From positions 23,932,001 through 23,996,000 of the forward strand of contig NC_087245.1 of assembly GCF_037042905.1 (NCBI RefSeq): a stretch of DNA of 64,000 nucleotides, in the 5' to 3' direction. The notes beneath the pieces were generated by a model. The model ran no database searches and had not been told where the DNA came from. It saw only the letters and a program-made list of their open reading frames with translations. Origin of the DNA: Lytechinus pictus (lineage: Eukaryota). The translations under genes and the position numbers were made by a program. Positions 13,109 to 27,000 of this stretch are shown here, one piece after another; position 1 is the first letter of the stretch, and every line of letters starts with the position of its first letter.

Positions 13109-15459
13109 GACACAAACAGCAACTGACCCAATGAAGACTGTCAGGTTCAATCCCTTGGAAGATGATGAGATGGGCATGTAGCTGAACTGTGTCTTACAAA
13201 GCATGGACCAGCTGACCTTGTCATAACCTTGTCTCCTGTGATGGAAACATTTCGATCTATCAGAGGTCATCTCCAGTTTTAATGGGATGAATTAACTTTT
13301 TGTCAGAAGTATTATGAAAGTGTGCTGTTGACGGTATGAGAGGTATACTGTGTATTCTAAATGTTGGCAAATCATCATATGATTCTCCATGTATAATTCC
13401 ACCATACCTGAGAATTTTAAATGAAATTGAATCGACTTTCTTACGAAGCGAAATAATAATAGATATTTACTGTACACCATGCACCGCTTAGTCTGCAAAG
13501 TCTTTGTTTTGAAGGTGTGTAAACATGATTACAACATAATGTAAAAAGGTTTTTGTAGAGTGGGTTTCCCTTTGACTTTTTCTGGTGTTTATTTCTGTTC
13601 AATGTTGAGTCCACTCTGGGATGGAAATCTTCATCTTCCCCATAAGAAACATACCGGTAATTGTAAATATTTTCTATTAATGCAGCTCTGAATGTAGGTA
13701 ATATTTTTCATCTGTTGTAGAGATTTTTATTTTCTTTTGTTTATCACCGTTAATGTGCAGGGTATGTTCATGCTTGAAACAGATTTTTGGGGGGCTCGAA
13801 CTTGCCCTGCTCTTTTCACTAACTGCTGTTATCAGTATTCTTTTGCATATGCAGGAGTTTATTTTATTCCCTGTAAAAAAAAAATTTACGGTAAATATTC
13901 CCTAAAACCCCTTCATCCCTTTCTGTCAATAAGACCCTTTTTCATTTAAATTAGCCAATATGTAACAAGACATCAATTCTATGTTTCTGAAACGTTAACT
14001 TTAAAGAATAAATGCAGCAATGAGGGAGTTGGTGTCAAGTAATTTATTGTCCTAATTGGATTAAGAGAGGGGGGTTGTATGATTTTTTTAGTGTCTTGAA
14101 GAAATGAGATAAATAAAGGAAACACTTCATTCTGTTGATATATGATGGATGGTGTATGTGCTCTCTTCAATCATGGGCATTGGTGAGAATGTGCAGTATT
14201 ATTCAAGTAATGTTCTTCCTATTAGTATTTTTCTCTCGTGTATATAGATCTGACTTGAATTTATTAAATTATATTGGATAGAAAAAAATAAGTATATTCG
14301 TGATTTTCATTGCCTGTGTTTACTTCGCACTATTCAGTGTCAATTATAAATTTATATGAAATTATTTATTGTTAGACTTTGAACACATGGTTTATGTGAA
14401 TGCTAGGGCCATCGAGACTGACATCCTCAATGCCCCTCAATGGATATTACTAGTGCCCTTCCGATTTTTTCCCTATCTGTGCTCCAATTTAAAAATTTAA
14501 ATTTCAAGAAGTGGCTTTGCCCTCAAAATATTGAAATTTATGGACTGAAATAATGAAGTTTCATGTTTTACAAGTACATGTATAACATGAATGAAAATGT
14601 TAAAAAGCAGGGGACGGTGATGACGTGAATACTGCCATACATAGAAAATATTTATAAAACACTGTACTATTAGATCCTTTTGTTATCTCCCTTCCCCTCA
14701 GTTACCAGGTCCATTTCTGATATTCTCACCTTTTTTCTGTCTCACTGTCGTTTTATTCATTGTCTTATCTCTTTTTTATTCAATTTTCCTCTCCCCCTCT
14801 ATCATTTTCTCATACAATCGGGTACATGTATCAAAGTTGAGTACACCTGTTCTTTAACATTTTCATGCATCCAACTTCATGATACCAAACCTTTCCATAC
14901 ATGTAACACACAGAATATTAGAGAAGCAAGCAAGCTTCAGCAAATTTCATTTAAAATAATAATAGTATGCAACATTTACATAGCGCTTAATACAAATGTT
15001 TCTTAGCGCTGCATTCTATTACCCCGGCTTTAGCACGGCTACCCCGATTGGGCACCGAGATAATGATTCATAGCTTAATATAAAATTCTTTAATCCAACT
15101 TTCACTCTCAGACTCGTTTCTTCAAATCCAGCCTAAAATCTAGAACATGAATAGGCATCACACAATGTAATACATTAATAAGAGCTTTTATTTGTTAACT
15201 AAATAAAGTTAAATATTGCGATTTTCAAATATAATGAGCATATGTGTGATTAGATTTTACCCATCAAACTGGCCAATACAAGTTATTGAAGTGTTAAGAT
15301 GTCATCAAAGTAAGGAGGCTTTAGGAAAAGAAGAGAGAAAGAGAGAGTAAAGGTTTAAGAAAAGGAAATGATGTAGCAGTAACATCAAAGAAATCGGACT
15401 AAACCAATCAAAGCAATTATGTTGATTGGTTGGTCGGAGTCAATTTCATTGGCGCGACT

Positions 15460-15716
15460 TTGCTTTCTGCTTTATGGTAACTCCCGCAGGAACTCGGCAG
15501 GACAGCATTTTGCTGGTAAACGCCGAGCTGGTATATAACCAATTACCTAGGAAACACTTTACGTCTTGATTAATCAGTCATAGTGGCTGACGTTATAGAC
15601 GACAGATATCACTCTCGGGCCTTTTTATCAAAGTGGCGATAATGGCAGAGTTGGGATTCGAACTCGCAACCTTGCAATTATGAGTCCAATGCTCTAACCA
15701 CTGGACCACATGACCC
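15460..15716 (-). mobile_element. tRNA-derived SINE (head and body)
   Basis: Minus strand gggtcatgtggtccagtggttagagc...gttcgaatccc with A and B boxes; tail-like segment at about 14973-15057. Confidence 0.65.
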
Positions 15717-17892
15717 TTGGGCAGAGTGAAAGAAAAAATGAAGCAAGATAATTTTTTTTGTGTGTTGTACTCCTACCAATGAAATAAACAATATTTTTTC
15801 AAATATTTTTTCTTCTATGATTTTTAAGAGGTTCATTAAGCTTGCCAACTGCATATATCCACAATGTCATCACATATTCACATAGGTAATATCAATACAC
15901 CAAGGTAACATCAAGAAATTCATTTAAACATGTAATACATGTATATACGTTTGGATTTGAATGATGGTACAACATCCATCACAATGTTATAATGCATCCA
16001 TTGCAAATAGATATGAAGTGCATATTATACTTTATCGAGCCTCTAAAACTGTTAAATCATAAATGGCTCTGGTTTCACTTGGCAGCCTTGCAAATCCTCA
16101 GAATAACAGCATCGCACCTACATGTACAGGTACTGCAATAATACAATGGCAAATAGATTTCAATAAGTTGAAGTGTGTATGTATACTTTGCAGACCTCTG
16201 GAAATGTTCAGTCATAAATTGCAGTACTTTTGTATGAGAAATAAAAGATTGATTTTCCTTCAGATTCAGAATTTGAAAAATTCCTTCAAACTTAATCTTA
16301 TAGTTTTATGATATCTAAGAAATGCATTATAAATGTGTACCCATTATTTTCACTTTTTTTTTATTTTAACTTTACTAAAATTTGATTAAATTCTTTGCAG
16401 ACTACTGCCTCCTATCATAAAAAAATAGACAAATCCTTCATCTTCTTCAACATTGTACCAAATGAATTGACAAGAAGGTTTAATAGAAGAAGTCACCACC
16501 ACTATCCCCCCCCCCACCCCATTGTTAATTTAAGCATGTTCCCAGCAGGGTTTATGATTTGATTATAGTGAGAGACCTTTGAGTTGACAAATACCTTTTT
16601 TTTCAAATTATTTAGAAATCCATACATACATGTAACCAAAGTACAATATCTACAAACTACATATACATGTTCTACCATTGGTTATAAGATGGTAAATTTT
16701 ACAACATACCAACATTACATTTTAGGCTAAATGACATTTTAAAAAATCACATCAGTCATTGGAATAAAGCTTATACAAATATAGACAGTGCTGATATGAA
16801 TATTTACAATTACAACTCTGCCCTAAAAAAATCACTGCAATATTTCTATTTTTCATCTTTTTTGTGTCTTTACAAAATAATATATTTCTATTTGTTTTTG
16901 CTGATTCCTCCCCATGAGCATAATAATCCCACAATTCTAATAAGAAATAAATGAAACTGAGAGGGTATTTTTCTCTCTTTTCCCTTTCCTCTCTCCCCCT
17001 TTTTCTTTGTTTCTTCTCCCTCCTCTTATCCCTTCTATTTTCTTCTTATCTTCGCCTCTCCCCCTCATTTATACTACAATTGAATTTCTGTAAGTCTTTC
17101 ATTCAAGTTGAAAAATGTCCATATCAAACACTACTTCGTCTATTACATTATAAACATGAACAAGCATGCTACTCACTGGATATATCTGCAACTGATGCAT
17201 ACTTTTAGATTCATTTACTTCCATTTCAATAGTGTATGTAAATATGAAAATATAATAATGTTCTGAGAAGAAAACAAGTTAACCAAACAAAACTGATCAT
17301 AATTTTCACAATCAAATGGAAGGGGGGGGGGGTATGCCGGAAAATCTATAACCCTCTGAAAATTCTCATATTTTGTATGATCTCATATTGTTATTGTAAG
17401 AATTTTTTTTTTTTATAGGGATACATGACACAAATCAAATATATATAATAAAATAAGTCATACTTAATACCAGTCAGTAATGTAATCAAATAATAAATGT
17501 ACCAATACACAGATAATTTTTAATTTATTTACAAAGGTTTTCTCATTTCATTTTTAAATCGATCCACCAAACCACACAAGATATTATCACTATCTTCAGC
17601 CGAGTGGCATATTAATCTTTATATTATTAATAAATCTGCATTACAAAATTTCTCTTTGTTTTCTTTTTTTATTGTAAACTGGCATTGTTTGAAATATTAT
17701 AGATAAACATGTGAATGTACTCATGATCTCGTATAATCCAGTTAAATAGCAGAGGAAATTCTAAAACACAAATGTATTTATCTGTGTATCATATAAACCG
17801 CGATCCTTATCAGCAAATACAAAGTGGATGCTTTTGGTTTCACTTCACTCTTTGAATTGCCATCCCACAAACCTCATCATTCAGCAAGATAC

Positions 17893-18034
17893 CTAGTTGA
17901 AGTCTCTGTCACTCAGAATGATGGGAGCGACCAAGGTCCAGAGATAGAGGGCGGCACACACCCAGCTGGATGATATCTTAACCCACATAGCGCCGCTGTT
18001 AGCAGCCAGGGAATCAAAGTTGGCTCCCGACGGC
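17893..18034 (-). CDS. SERINC1: SERINC last coding exon
   Basis: [46 protein letters not shown]; TAG at 17895-17893. Confidence 0.94.
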
Positions 18035-21000
18035 CTGTTCAATAAAGAAGCGGAGGTGAAACCATGTCAGAAACAATTAATACCAATCCATATACATATA
18101 TATCAAAGGAAAACATTTATACTGCCAAATAAGACAGCTGCATGAACGACAATTAAAAAAAAATTGCAACAATAAGGTCCAGAAATATCCACTTCCAAAT
18201 TTAAATTCAATTTTAATATAACAGGTACCCTGTTCTTCTAAAAACACAAATGCGCATCGGGCCAATCTGAGCAGTTGCACACAGTGTGAAGAAGCCTAAA
18301 AGCAATGCAGCAGGCAAAAGTATCATCAGGTAATTTACAAAATTTTCATTATAGTGTAAGGAGGAAATGTATCCCAGTACCACAGATATATGGTGTAATC
18401 TGATGTGATTGGAGCAGATAAAACACAGGGTAGATAGGGGGAATGAATAAAGGCCCAATGAAAAGATGTCTGCATTGCATCAAAGAGAAGGGAAAGAACG
18501 TGGATTTGATTAATTATCAAAGCACAGGAGGAAATGGGGAATAAAGAACAAGATGACCCAACCTCCCACTAAGGGCAAAACTTGGTTAAATACTCTTCCA
18601 TAGAAATACAAGCATATCTTATTGCAGTTTACAACTAACCTGCCAAAATGGCATGCTAATTCTTGTTTGTGCAGTTGGACATGGTGGAATTTTTTTTTTT
18701 ATTAAAAAAGTAGATCTCTTCATCTTCAATGATCTTAGGACAAGAGAAATTATATTTTATATTCCCAAATAAAACTTGGAAATTACTTTGCAAAGTCTAT
18801 TATCCATTTTGAACTTTGAAGAAATTCATGAATTCCATGCCTCTTTTTTTTTAATAAAAAAAAAGTTTACAGGCAGTGCAATGTCATATAAATAATATCT
18901 ATAAAAACAAAAACAATATTAAATTTCAAAGTAATGAAATAGAAAATAAATGAACTTACAAATTACAAAATGATAGTGGAAAAGTGGTCTTGCTTTTTGG
19001 CAAGCATTAACCATTATTTCTATACTTTGATATATGAACTTTAAATAACTTTGCTTAGTAGTTCAAAGCATGGGCGTAAATCCGTGACATGCTATTCAAG
19101 TGGGGGGGGGGGGGATGGAACGATAAATCATCTCCCCCTGAACAGTAGGTGTGACGCAAGGATTTACGCCAGTGGTTCAAAGAATACTTGTCTATCCAGA
19201 CTGCATTTTGTTTTTCTGATAACAAAAACTTTCAGTGATATTCCTTTTGAAGATTGTGCAGAGGAAAAAAAGTAAAACACTAATATTTAGGGTGCATTTG
19301 TGTGGAGAAAGCATTTTGTATTTCTTCAAATTTGTTACAAATAAAGAGCTTGCAAAGGAAATTAAGTTCTATCCCATTTCCATAATTAGCTCATAAAATG
19401 CACTGTACAACATTTTTTTTCGTTCAATCACAGATTAGACTTGCTGATATCTGAATTGAAATGGTATGGGGATATTGTTGAGTTCGATCCCAAGGGAGTT
19501 GAGGAAGTGTATACATTGTGTGAGGGTAAACTAGGATTCAATGACCAGAATTCATGAAATAACAACTTCAAAGTGGTGAGACATTGTCCAATGTATTAAA
19601 GGACAAGTCCACCCCAACAAAAGGTTGATTTGAATAAAAGGAGAAAAGGAGAAAATAACTGGCTTATTTTACATCAAATTTTGATGAAATTTTCAGCATT
19701 ATGCTTGTTTGATTTTTCTCTATTGATTCAAATTAATAATTTTTCTGGGAAGGACTTGACCTGTAAGTGCTACATAAAAGTGGAATATAATTATAATCAT
19801 CATTATAAAGTGAAAAGTTTGATAGTATTTCATTCAGGTGCTAGTGATTGAAATTTACAACTTATTTTATTTTCTACATGTAAATGTATTTTCAAAGTTT
19901 TCTAAATTGCCATCAATACTTCTATCCATTGCATTTCTATTATTAAACAATATAAACAAATGATTGTATTGGTACATTTGTATATAAAGTTGAAAAATAG
20001 CATGGAGAAAAATGAAGGGTTGGTAATTTTTTTATGTGCTTGAATAGTGCAGTGATGTTTTCATGCAAGCTATAAATGTAAAAGAAACGATAACCCCCTT
20101 TATATGCATTATATAGAGGTTCACAACAACAAAATAGGCTTGAAATAAAATGTTAAATGCTGACTAAAATTGTGATTGAGTTCAGATTTAATCTACTAAA
20201 TTCTTGACAGCCAGCTAGTTTGGAAAGTACAGATACATTTTAAAATTCAAAGGTTTTTTTTTAATAGCATTTACTGATTCCATTCATGATCAGATTGAAT
20301 GATTTTTTTTCTTCAAATAGAATGTTAAATCAGCATGCAATTCATACCTGTTACCAGTGGGTTTCCTGTGATACAAACTGATAATATAACCAATAACCAT
20401 TTTACAATGTGTTTCTTAAATGTTTAATTAATACATGCAGGTTTCTTATTCATACTTTCTTCATATATACATGTACATGTAGATTCCCTTGTCAAAAAAA
20501 AAATCCCTGTGCATTCTGTTGCTGTATAATAAAATATTAATAGTGATATATAGAAGGATAAATCCTTATCACTATGGGGATTATTCTAAGTATAATCATT
20601 CAGTTATTTTTATCATTTTTTATCATATGATTATAATTTCTTATGACTACTTTTAACGAATCTAAGCTTCAAAGCAACAAAATGATGTGGATGTTACGAT
20701 GAAAGCTTAATATTATAAGACTACAGGATTGCCTCTTTCTAATGTACAGTTCATGACATGAATAAGTGCTATTCTATTTAAGTAAATTGCAGTATTCCTA
20801 AATTAGAAATGAAAAAGTGTTATGAGTGCTCCATGAATTGGGTTACAAATGAAATGACATGGTTGATGAAAAAGCTTGTGACAAGATGTGTGAGAGTCAA
20901 TCAAACTGAAAAATATCCAAATATCAGGGGGGGGGGGATCCAGGATTTTCCAAAGAGGGAGGGGGGGCAAAAAAGGTCTTCACTTTCAAAGGGGGGGGGG

Positions 21001-24000
21001 GGTACACTTCTGTTTTAACAGCATTTTTACATTACAAATTTTAATTGTGCCTCTCAAAGGGGGGGGGGGCATGGGCTGGCTTTGCCCCACCCCCCACTGG
21101 ATCCGCCAGTGAACAAAGAGATGTATAAGATTAGGCAAACTTGTCTAAAGTCTGTGCAGTGTCTATTAGCAGGAACCCTGCGATAAGGATCCTGTGCGCC
21201 CTTTTATTGCAGCTTTCCTGCAGTCCAGATTGTCTTATCTATGGTAAAATAGTTTATAATGAAACATTGCTTGCAGGATTCCTGCGGGGAGAAGCGGTTC
21301 TGACCCAAAGCTCTGATTTGTCACAAGGTGCCTCAGTTTTTCAAACTATTCCCCTCCCAAAAGCAACTAATGTTAAAAAAAAAATGGCACTCAACCTCTA
21401 AGGAAGTCTCATAGAAGTCAAAAAGATTCTCATTTGTTTCATTGTCTGCCAACTTCAAAAATTCTGAAACTTGTGAAATTCTGTATTCTTCCCCAAATCT
21501 GTGTATAATTTTCCTTTCTTCCCTTTTTCTCATATCGCAGAAAACTTGGCAGCTCTAGAATAATGCCGGATTTTCCTTTAATATTGAGCTACATGTACTT
21601 ACTGGAACCAGCTGGTGAGGGTCATCATCATGTAGAATGCAGCGAGCATGAGCATGATATGGAAGAAGGTGTAGCTGTAGGACACGCCCTCATCCTCGTT
21701 ATCATACACCTCCTGGCCCCATTTCTCTGCGTCTCCATCAGCGGGTTTGGAGTCACCTGAAAGAACAGGTGGGGGAATCAGAAAAAATATCGCAATAAGG
21801 TTGTGGATCAGTTGAGCAAAGTTAGCCTTTAGATAAGGCAATGTGTCTGTTATGATGTTCTTATCAAATGCCTCAGACTTACATGTAAATAGGACTAATT
21901 GCAAAAGCCCAGGTGAATGCGAGCTCAGCCACAGGGCCTTTAGTAACCCGACTTAGAGTATGTATGTTAATTATTACCTTTTCACTTTAATCATTTGAGA
22001 AAGGGATTCCTAAAGATTTCTATTGATGGTATTTGAATAGTGTGTTGCTAACCACAAGAGTCACTGATTATCATACAAGGTCAGTTTTCATTAAACACTG
22101 TACAAACTGCAAGAATGCAGCTGTCATATGATTATTAAATAACTATTTTTTAATATAATGTAGAGATTTTAATTTACAAGAAAGGCAGATCTCTCATTTT
22201 CTATGTTATTCATAGTGTTGTATATAAATACATACATAATGTGATCAATTCGGGGGGGGGGGGGGTGGGGGTCACAAAATCACTCACCAGCACTTGAATT
22301 TGTAGACCCAAGCAGAGTTTTCTGTCAATAGAAAAAAAATACAAATATCACATACAGGTTTACAATTCCAAATTGATATTCAAATTTATTGATTGATGCA
22401 ATATTTAATATTTTCAGATATGTTTGAATTGTTGATAATTGCATAATTTTTGTTATTTGGTGCCCCCTTTTATAAGCTTTGCTTTCTCTGGGGTCATAAT
22501 ACTGTCATCATTGTATTTACAAGTATGTATACAATTTTGTTGTCAATCCATTTGTACTTTTTTGTATTTGATAATTAAAATTGAATTAGCAATAAAGTTT
22601 GGTAAAGTATAAGAAGCACGGGGGCTTGCTGTCTATTCATTTTAATTTTTTGAACAATTATTCAGTATCATTGATGTTCTATACACATGGGAGGAGGGGA
22701 TGGGCCAATGGGGGTACACATGTGGCAAATCACTACATGCAGTTGAATGTGGCGCATTTATAGCTGTATGGGCACTATCATATGATGTCTGCAATCACTG
22801 TGGTGTTCTTTTTTCATGAAATACATGTATGGACTGAATCGGAAGTAAACATCTTGATAATCATCATAATTATAAGAAAAAAAAACAGTGCATTAGGGTA
22901 ACATTTGATTGGAATCAATTGGTATAAAACATGTGTATACCTGGGGGACATTTCATGAAACAAATAGTGAATTTCACTGACTACGGCACTGCAAATCCTT
23001 GCATCTGATTGGCTGAGAGCAAATTAGTCAGTGAACATTCACTGACAAAATTTTCACGAAATGTTACCCTGTACATCGAGGAAGAGGGCTTGGAACATTA
23101 AAACATCTATCATTTGAAACATTGTAACAACTCTCTTCCTCTAGATCAAAATACGAAATCCGGAACAAAAGCGAAGGTAAATATTGATATCAACATGTAC
23201 CAACACCAGTACACATGAAGGTATATAATGAAAGTCTTTGGAACACATGACTGGACTAAACATTAAACACTGAAAATAAAATGAACCAATAAAGTACAGG
23301 AGCTCTATATTATGCAACAATTAATTATTAAATCCGAATGCTTTATTGGAAAACCAGGTGGCCATTTGAGGTGACCAGTTCTTGTGCAATATGATATGAT
23401 CTAATCATGGACCTACTAGCAAATAAGTCCATGATCTAATGTACAGTAGCATTGAGATCACATTCCAGTGGTGCTTAAATAGTCATGCATAACTTACATG
23501 TACAAACAGATATAATCAACAACTATGAAACACCACACCCTCCAGGAATTATATGGTATAATGTCATTCATCGTTAAATACATACATGTATGTTTAAAAA
23601 TGTATGATGACCACACAATCCCCATGCTGGAGAACTGATGGAATTCCTATTCAAATTTCAATTCAAACATTACCGGTCAAATGCTGGTCAAATATAATCC
23701 CATTAGATGTACTATCGTCTGTAGCACTGAATTCAAGCAGATGCAGGGGCAAATGAACTACTGTATCACCCCCCCCCCACCCACTTGAATAGCGATGCAT
23801 CTGGTACTTCCACCAATTGTCTGTGGGATACTGAGGATCGTGAATCTGGTGTTCAGTTGAATCATATACTGTAACATACGTGTTGTAACATGTGCAATGT
23901 ATGCAATATCCCATGGAGCTGTTTTTCTTATTATTTTGCAGAGTGAGTCTTAACGCTGTTTTCAATTATTCCAATAATACAATTTATTTCTTAAACTAAA

Positions 24001-27000
24001 AAAGCATATTTATGTCTCTTTTTTTTTTACTTTGATATGGAAAAAGGGCCAATATTTAGGAAGCATTATTCTCCTTATTAGTAGTTATTCAAGAAGAAAA
24101 TAATGAATGAAAATGAAAAGAAAATCCTAGTTTGAGATAGAATTAAGATAGATAAAAACCATCTTTGCAGCTGCTGAATTTATGTGGCATACAATAACAT
24201 ACTACTTTGCCTTTCTTAAACATTACAGCATAATAATTATTATGTACATTTTAAGGATGTAATATTGATCATTATCACCCGTATCAGACATATGAGCAGG
24301 GCAACTTTAATACATTATTGCCTGCTTAAGACTGGAATCAAGTGGTCGGTCAATAAGTTTGCATTTGTTTAACCACAGACAAATTTATTGCCCGCTCAGG
24401 AAAGTCTATGAGAAAATGTGCGGAAAGGTAGCGGGCAATAAGGCAGAGCTAACATCTGGGTATTCTACACGTTTTTGTACGCGGCCTTGAACCGCGCAGT
24501 GCTGTACGTCAAGTTGAGACATATACTGCGTCCCCAGGCCAGAGACGCGTCATGTCAATTGCGTCACAATGGTAAAGTTCAGAAACCCAGTCTGCTCAAC
24601 ATAGATTCCCATTCTTAAACTGTAAAATATTAAAATTTTTAAAATTTTTGCTCTGGACGTCTGATTTGGTTAATAATAGCAATATTGACTGGCCTGGGGG
24701 CGAAAGGACATATATCGCCCTAAAAAATTATATCACCCTCGTTTACAATATAAATTGAGTTTGGGCAATATATGTTGTATCGCCCCGAGGCCAGTCAATA
24801 TTGCTTTAATATTTTTTTCATTATCTTGATAGACAAATTGTGCACAAGTCCAGTGTTAATTTTTATAGTAATTTTACTGGTTGATAATACATGTACATGG
24901 ACAAGACCAATGTACATATTTTTACACATACATGAACAGCGTACAGATACAGGATCTGTATGCATTGGATATTGTTTTCACGATGCTACATGTACATCAG
25001 CGCAAGACACTGGCACTGGTCCGAGGGTCCCACACAAGTAAAAATTGGTGTCGGGCCAGTAACTTTTCAGAAATAGTCAGATTTACTATTCCGACATGGC
25101 CAGTAAAATATATATCAAATTCATACAAATGATATTTTCTCCTCTTTTGTTAATTATAAAACTGGCTCTGGTTTCTTCAAAAATGGCTCTCATGAATAAT
25201 GTTGTGCATGGGTGTGTACTGCTTGTTTTATGTTTTTTTTGGGGGGGAGGAGGGAATCAAACTAATAAAAGATAGCAAAATAAACTCTTAGTCTAATTTT
25301 ATGTTTTTCTTTATTTTGGGGGACCAGTAAATTTTAGGTTCGGACCAGCAAAAATTGAAAAACTGGGTATCTACTGGTCCGTCATGAACAGGTTGGACCA
25401 GTAGAAAAAAAGGTTAATGTGGAGCCCTGTGTACATGTAACTATCAATTTATTTCACATGTATACTTTCTTTTAAGTCTTGTAATTAGTTAGGCATTTTT
25501 GGAATGATTGTTCATCACTGTGTGCATAAAGTGTGTAAAGTTAGGCATTTTCACAAATTACATTAAATATACATGTACATGTAGACATTTATTGCACCTT
25601 TTTAAAGAGTTAGGCGAAAGAAATGAAACATTATTAATGCTCTTTTGAACTGTACAATATCTGAAGCACATTACAATTTTTTTTAATGAATAATGCAAAA
25701 TGGTTTTGAATATGGTTTTACCATTATATTTCATAATGAACATTGCATGTTTGGTCTTTAAATGATCCTATATAGAAAAGTTTCTCCAAATCTTTGCTCC
25801 AGAAGAATTCCCATAAAGCTTTTATCATTTAAACATTTTTATTTTGTAACATGGAGTCTTCGCATTTTGATACATTTATATACTGAATGTTGGAATCACT
25901 TCTTGCTATTTTTTTAAAGGTCACTGTGTAATAGTGTGTATACCCTCTGAAATTGAACCAAATAGAAAAGAAAACCCCTTGTTCAAGTACATGTATATGA
26001 TATTGGAATGAAAATATTTTATTACACAATAGGCCTGGGAAATTTGAATTTTAACAATTAGTAGACTCGCCAGAAAATAACCCTTTCCACAATTTACATT
26101 TCCATCCCTTATTTGCTTATCACAGACATTATCATCACCTCCCCCCCCCCCAAAAAAAAAAAACCCAATGACATATAAAGGAGTATTTACTGCAGTATTA
26201 ACTGGCACTTTTAAAACAGTTGTATAAGGGTAAATCTGTCAGGCCATCAAGTGTCAATGCACAGAGATTTGCAATATGTTGGAAAATAGTGCTCAAAATA
26301 ATATAATTTATAAATATTTATTCATATTTCAAGCACATTTCTCACATGTAATTTATTCAATATCAATTTTGTTTTTATTCATTCCCAGACCAAACAACTT
26401 CCCAAATATGAAGTTTTAGAGGAAAACATAATAAGTTAAATGGCTTTCACCAAATGAATACATATACATGCCAAATAAATTGCTTTTATATAGTACAGCT
26501 CCATCACCTGCATGATGAAAAAGTTATATGAAGGAAAATTAATGGTTTAATCTGTGAAATAGTGTTTGATTTTATTTGTTTCTTTGATAATCTTTTTATT
26601 GGTTCTTTTCAAGAAATTGGATAGTCTTACCTCATTAGTTCCATATTGTAGACCATCCTATATATTATATTGGGTGTGTGAATAAGATGTGTGTGAAATG
26701 GTTAGAAGCTGGATGGAGATTTCTACTAAGAAATCCCCATGTACATGGAGAAGCAAGTAAACTAAACTAAAAAAAACAAAAACTATGTGTACATAAATGT
26801 GCATCACTGCATGTATGAATGCATACATGTACATGTACTGAATTAGAAATGAATCATAATTTTGTTTTTAAACAGTGAAGCAAGATTGTAGCTAGAACAC
26901 CTTTCCTCATGATTTCTCCATTTACTGCTTTTGATGTTACAATGAATGTTCAACACTTCTGACTGTTGAGATTCAGTAATGACTTTTCTTTAGATCTACA

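Noticed and set aside
23674-23868. 195-nt AG...GT-bounded, coding-looking segment on the minus strand within a SERINC intron
   Set aside because: It is open only as a phase 1-1 exon while the host intron is phase 0, where it has an in-frame TAG. No SERINC similarity; at best a poison exon with no support.
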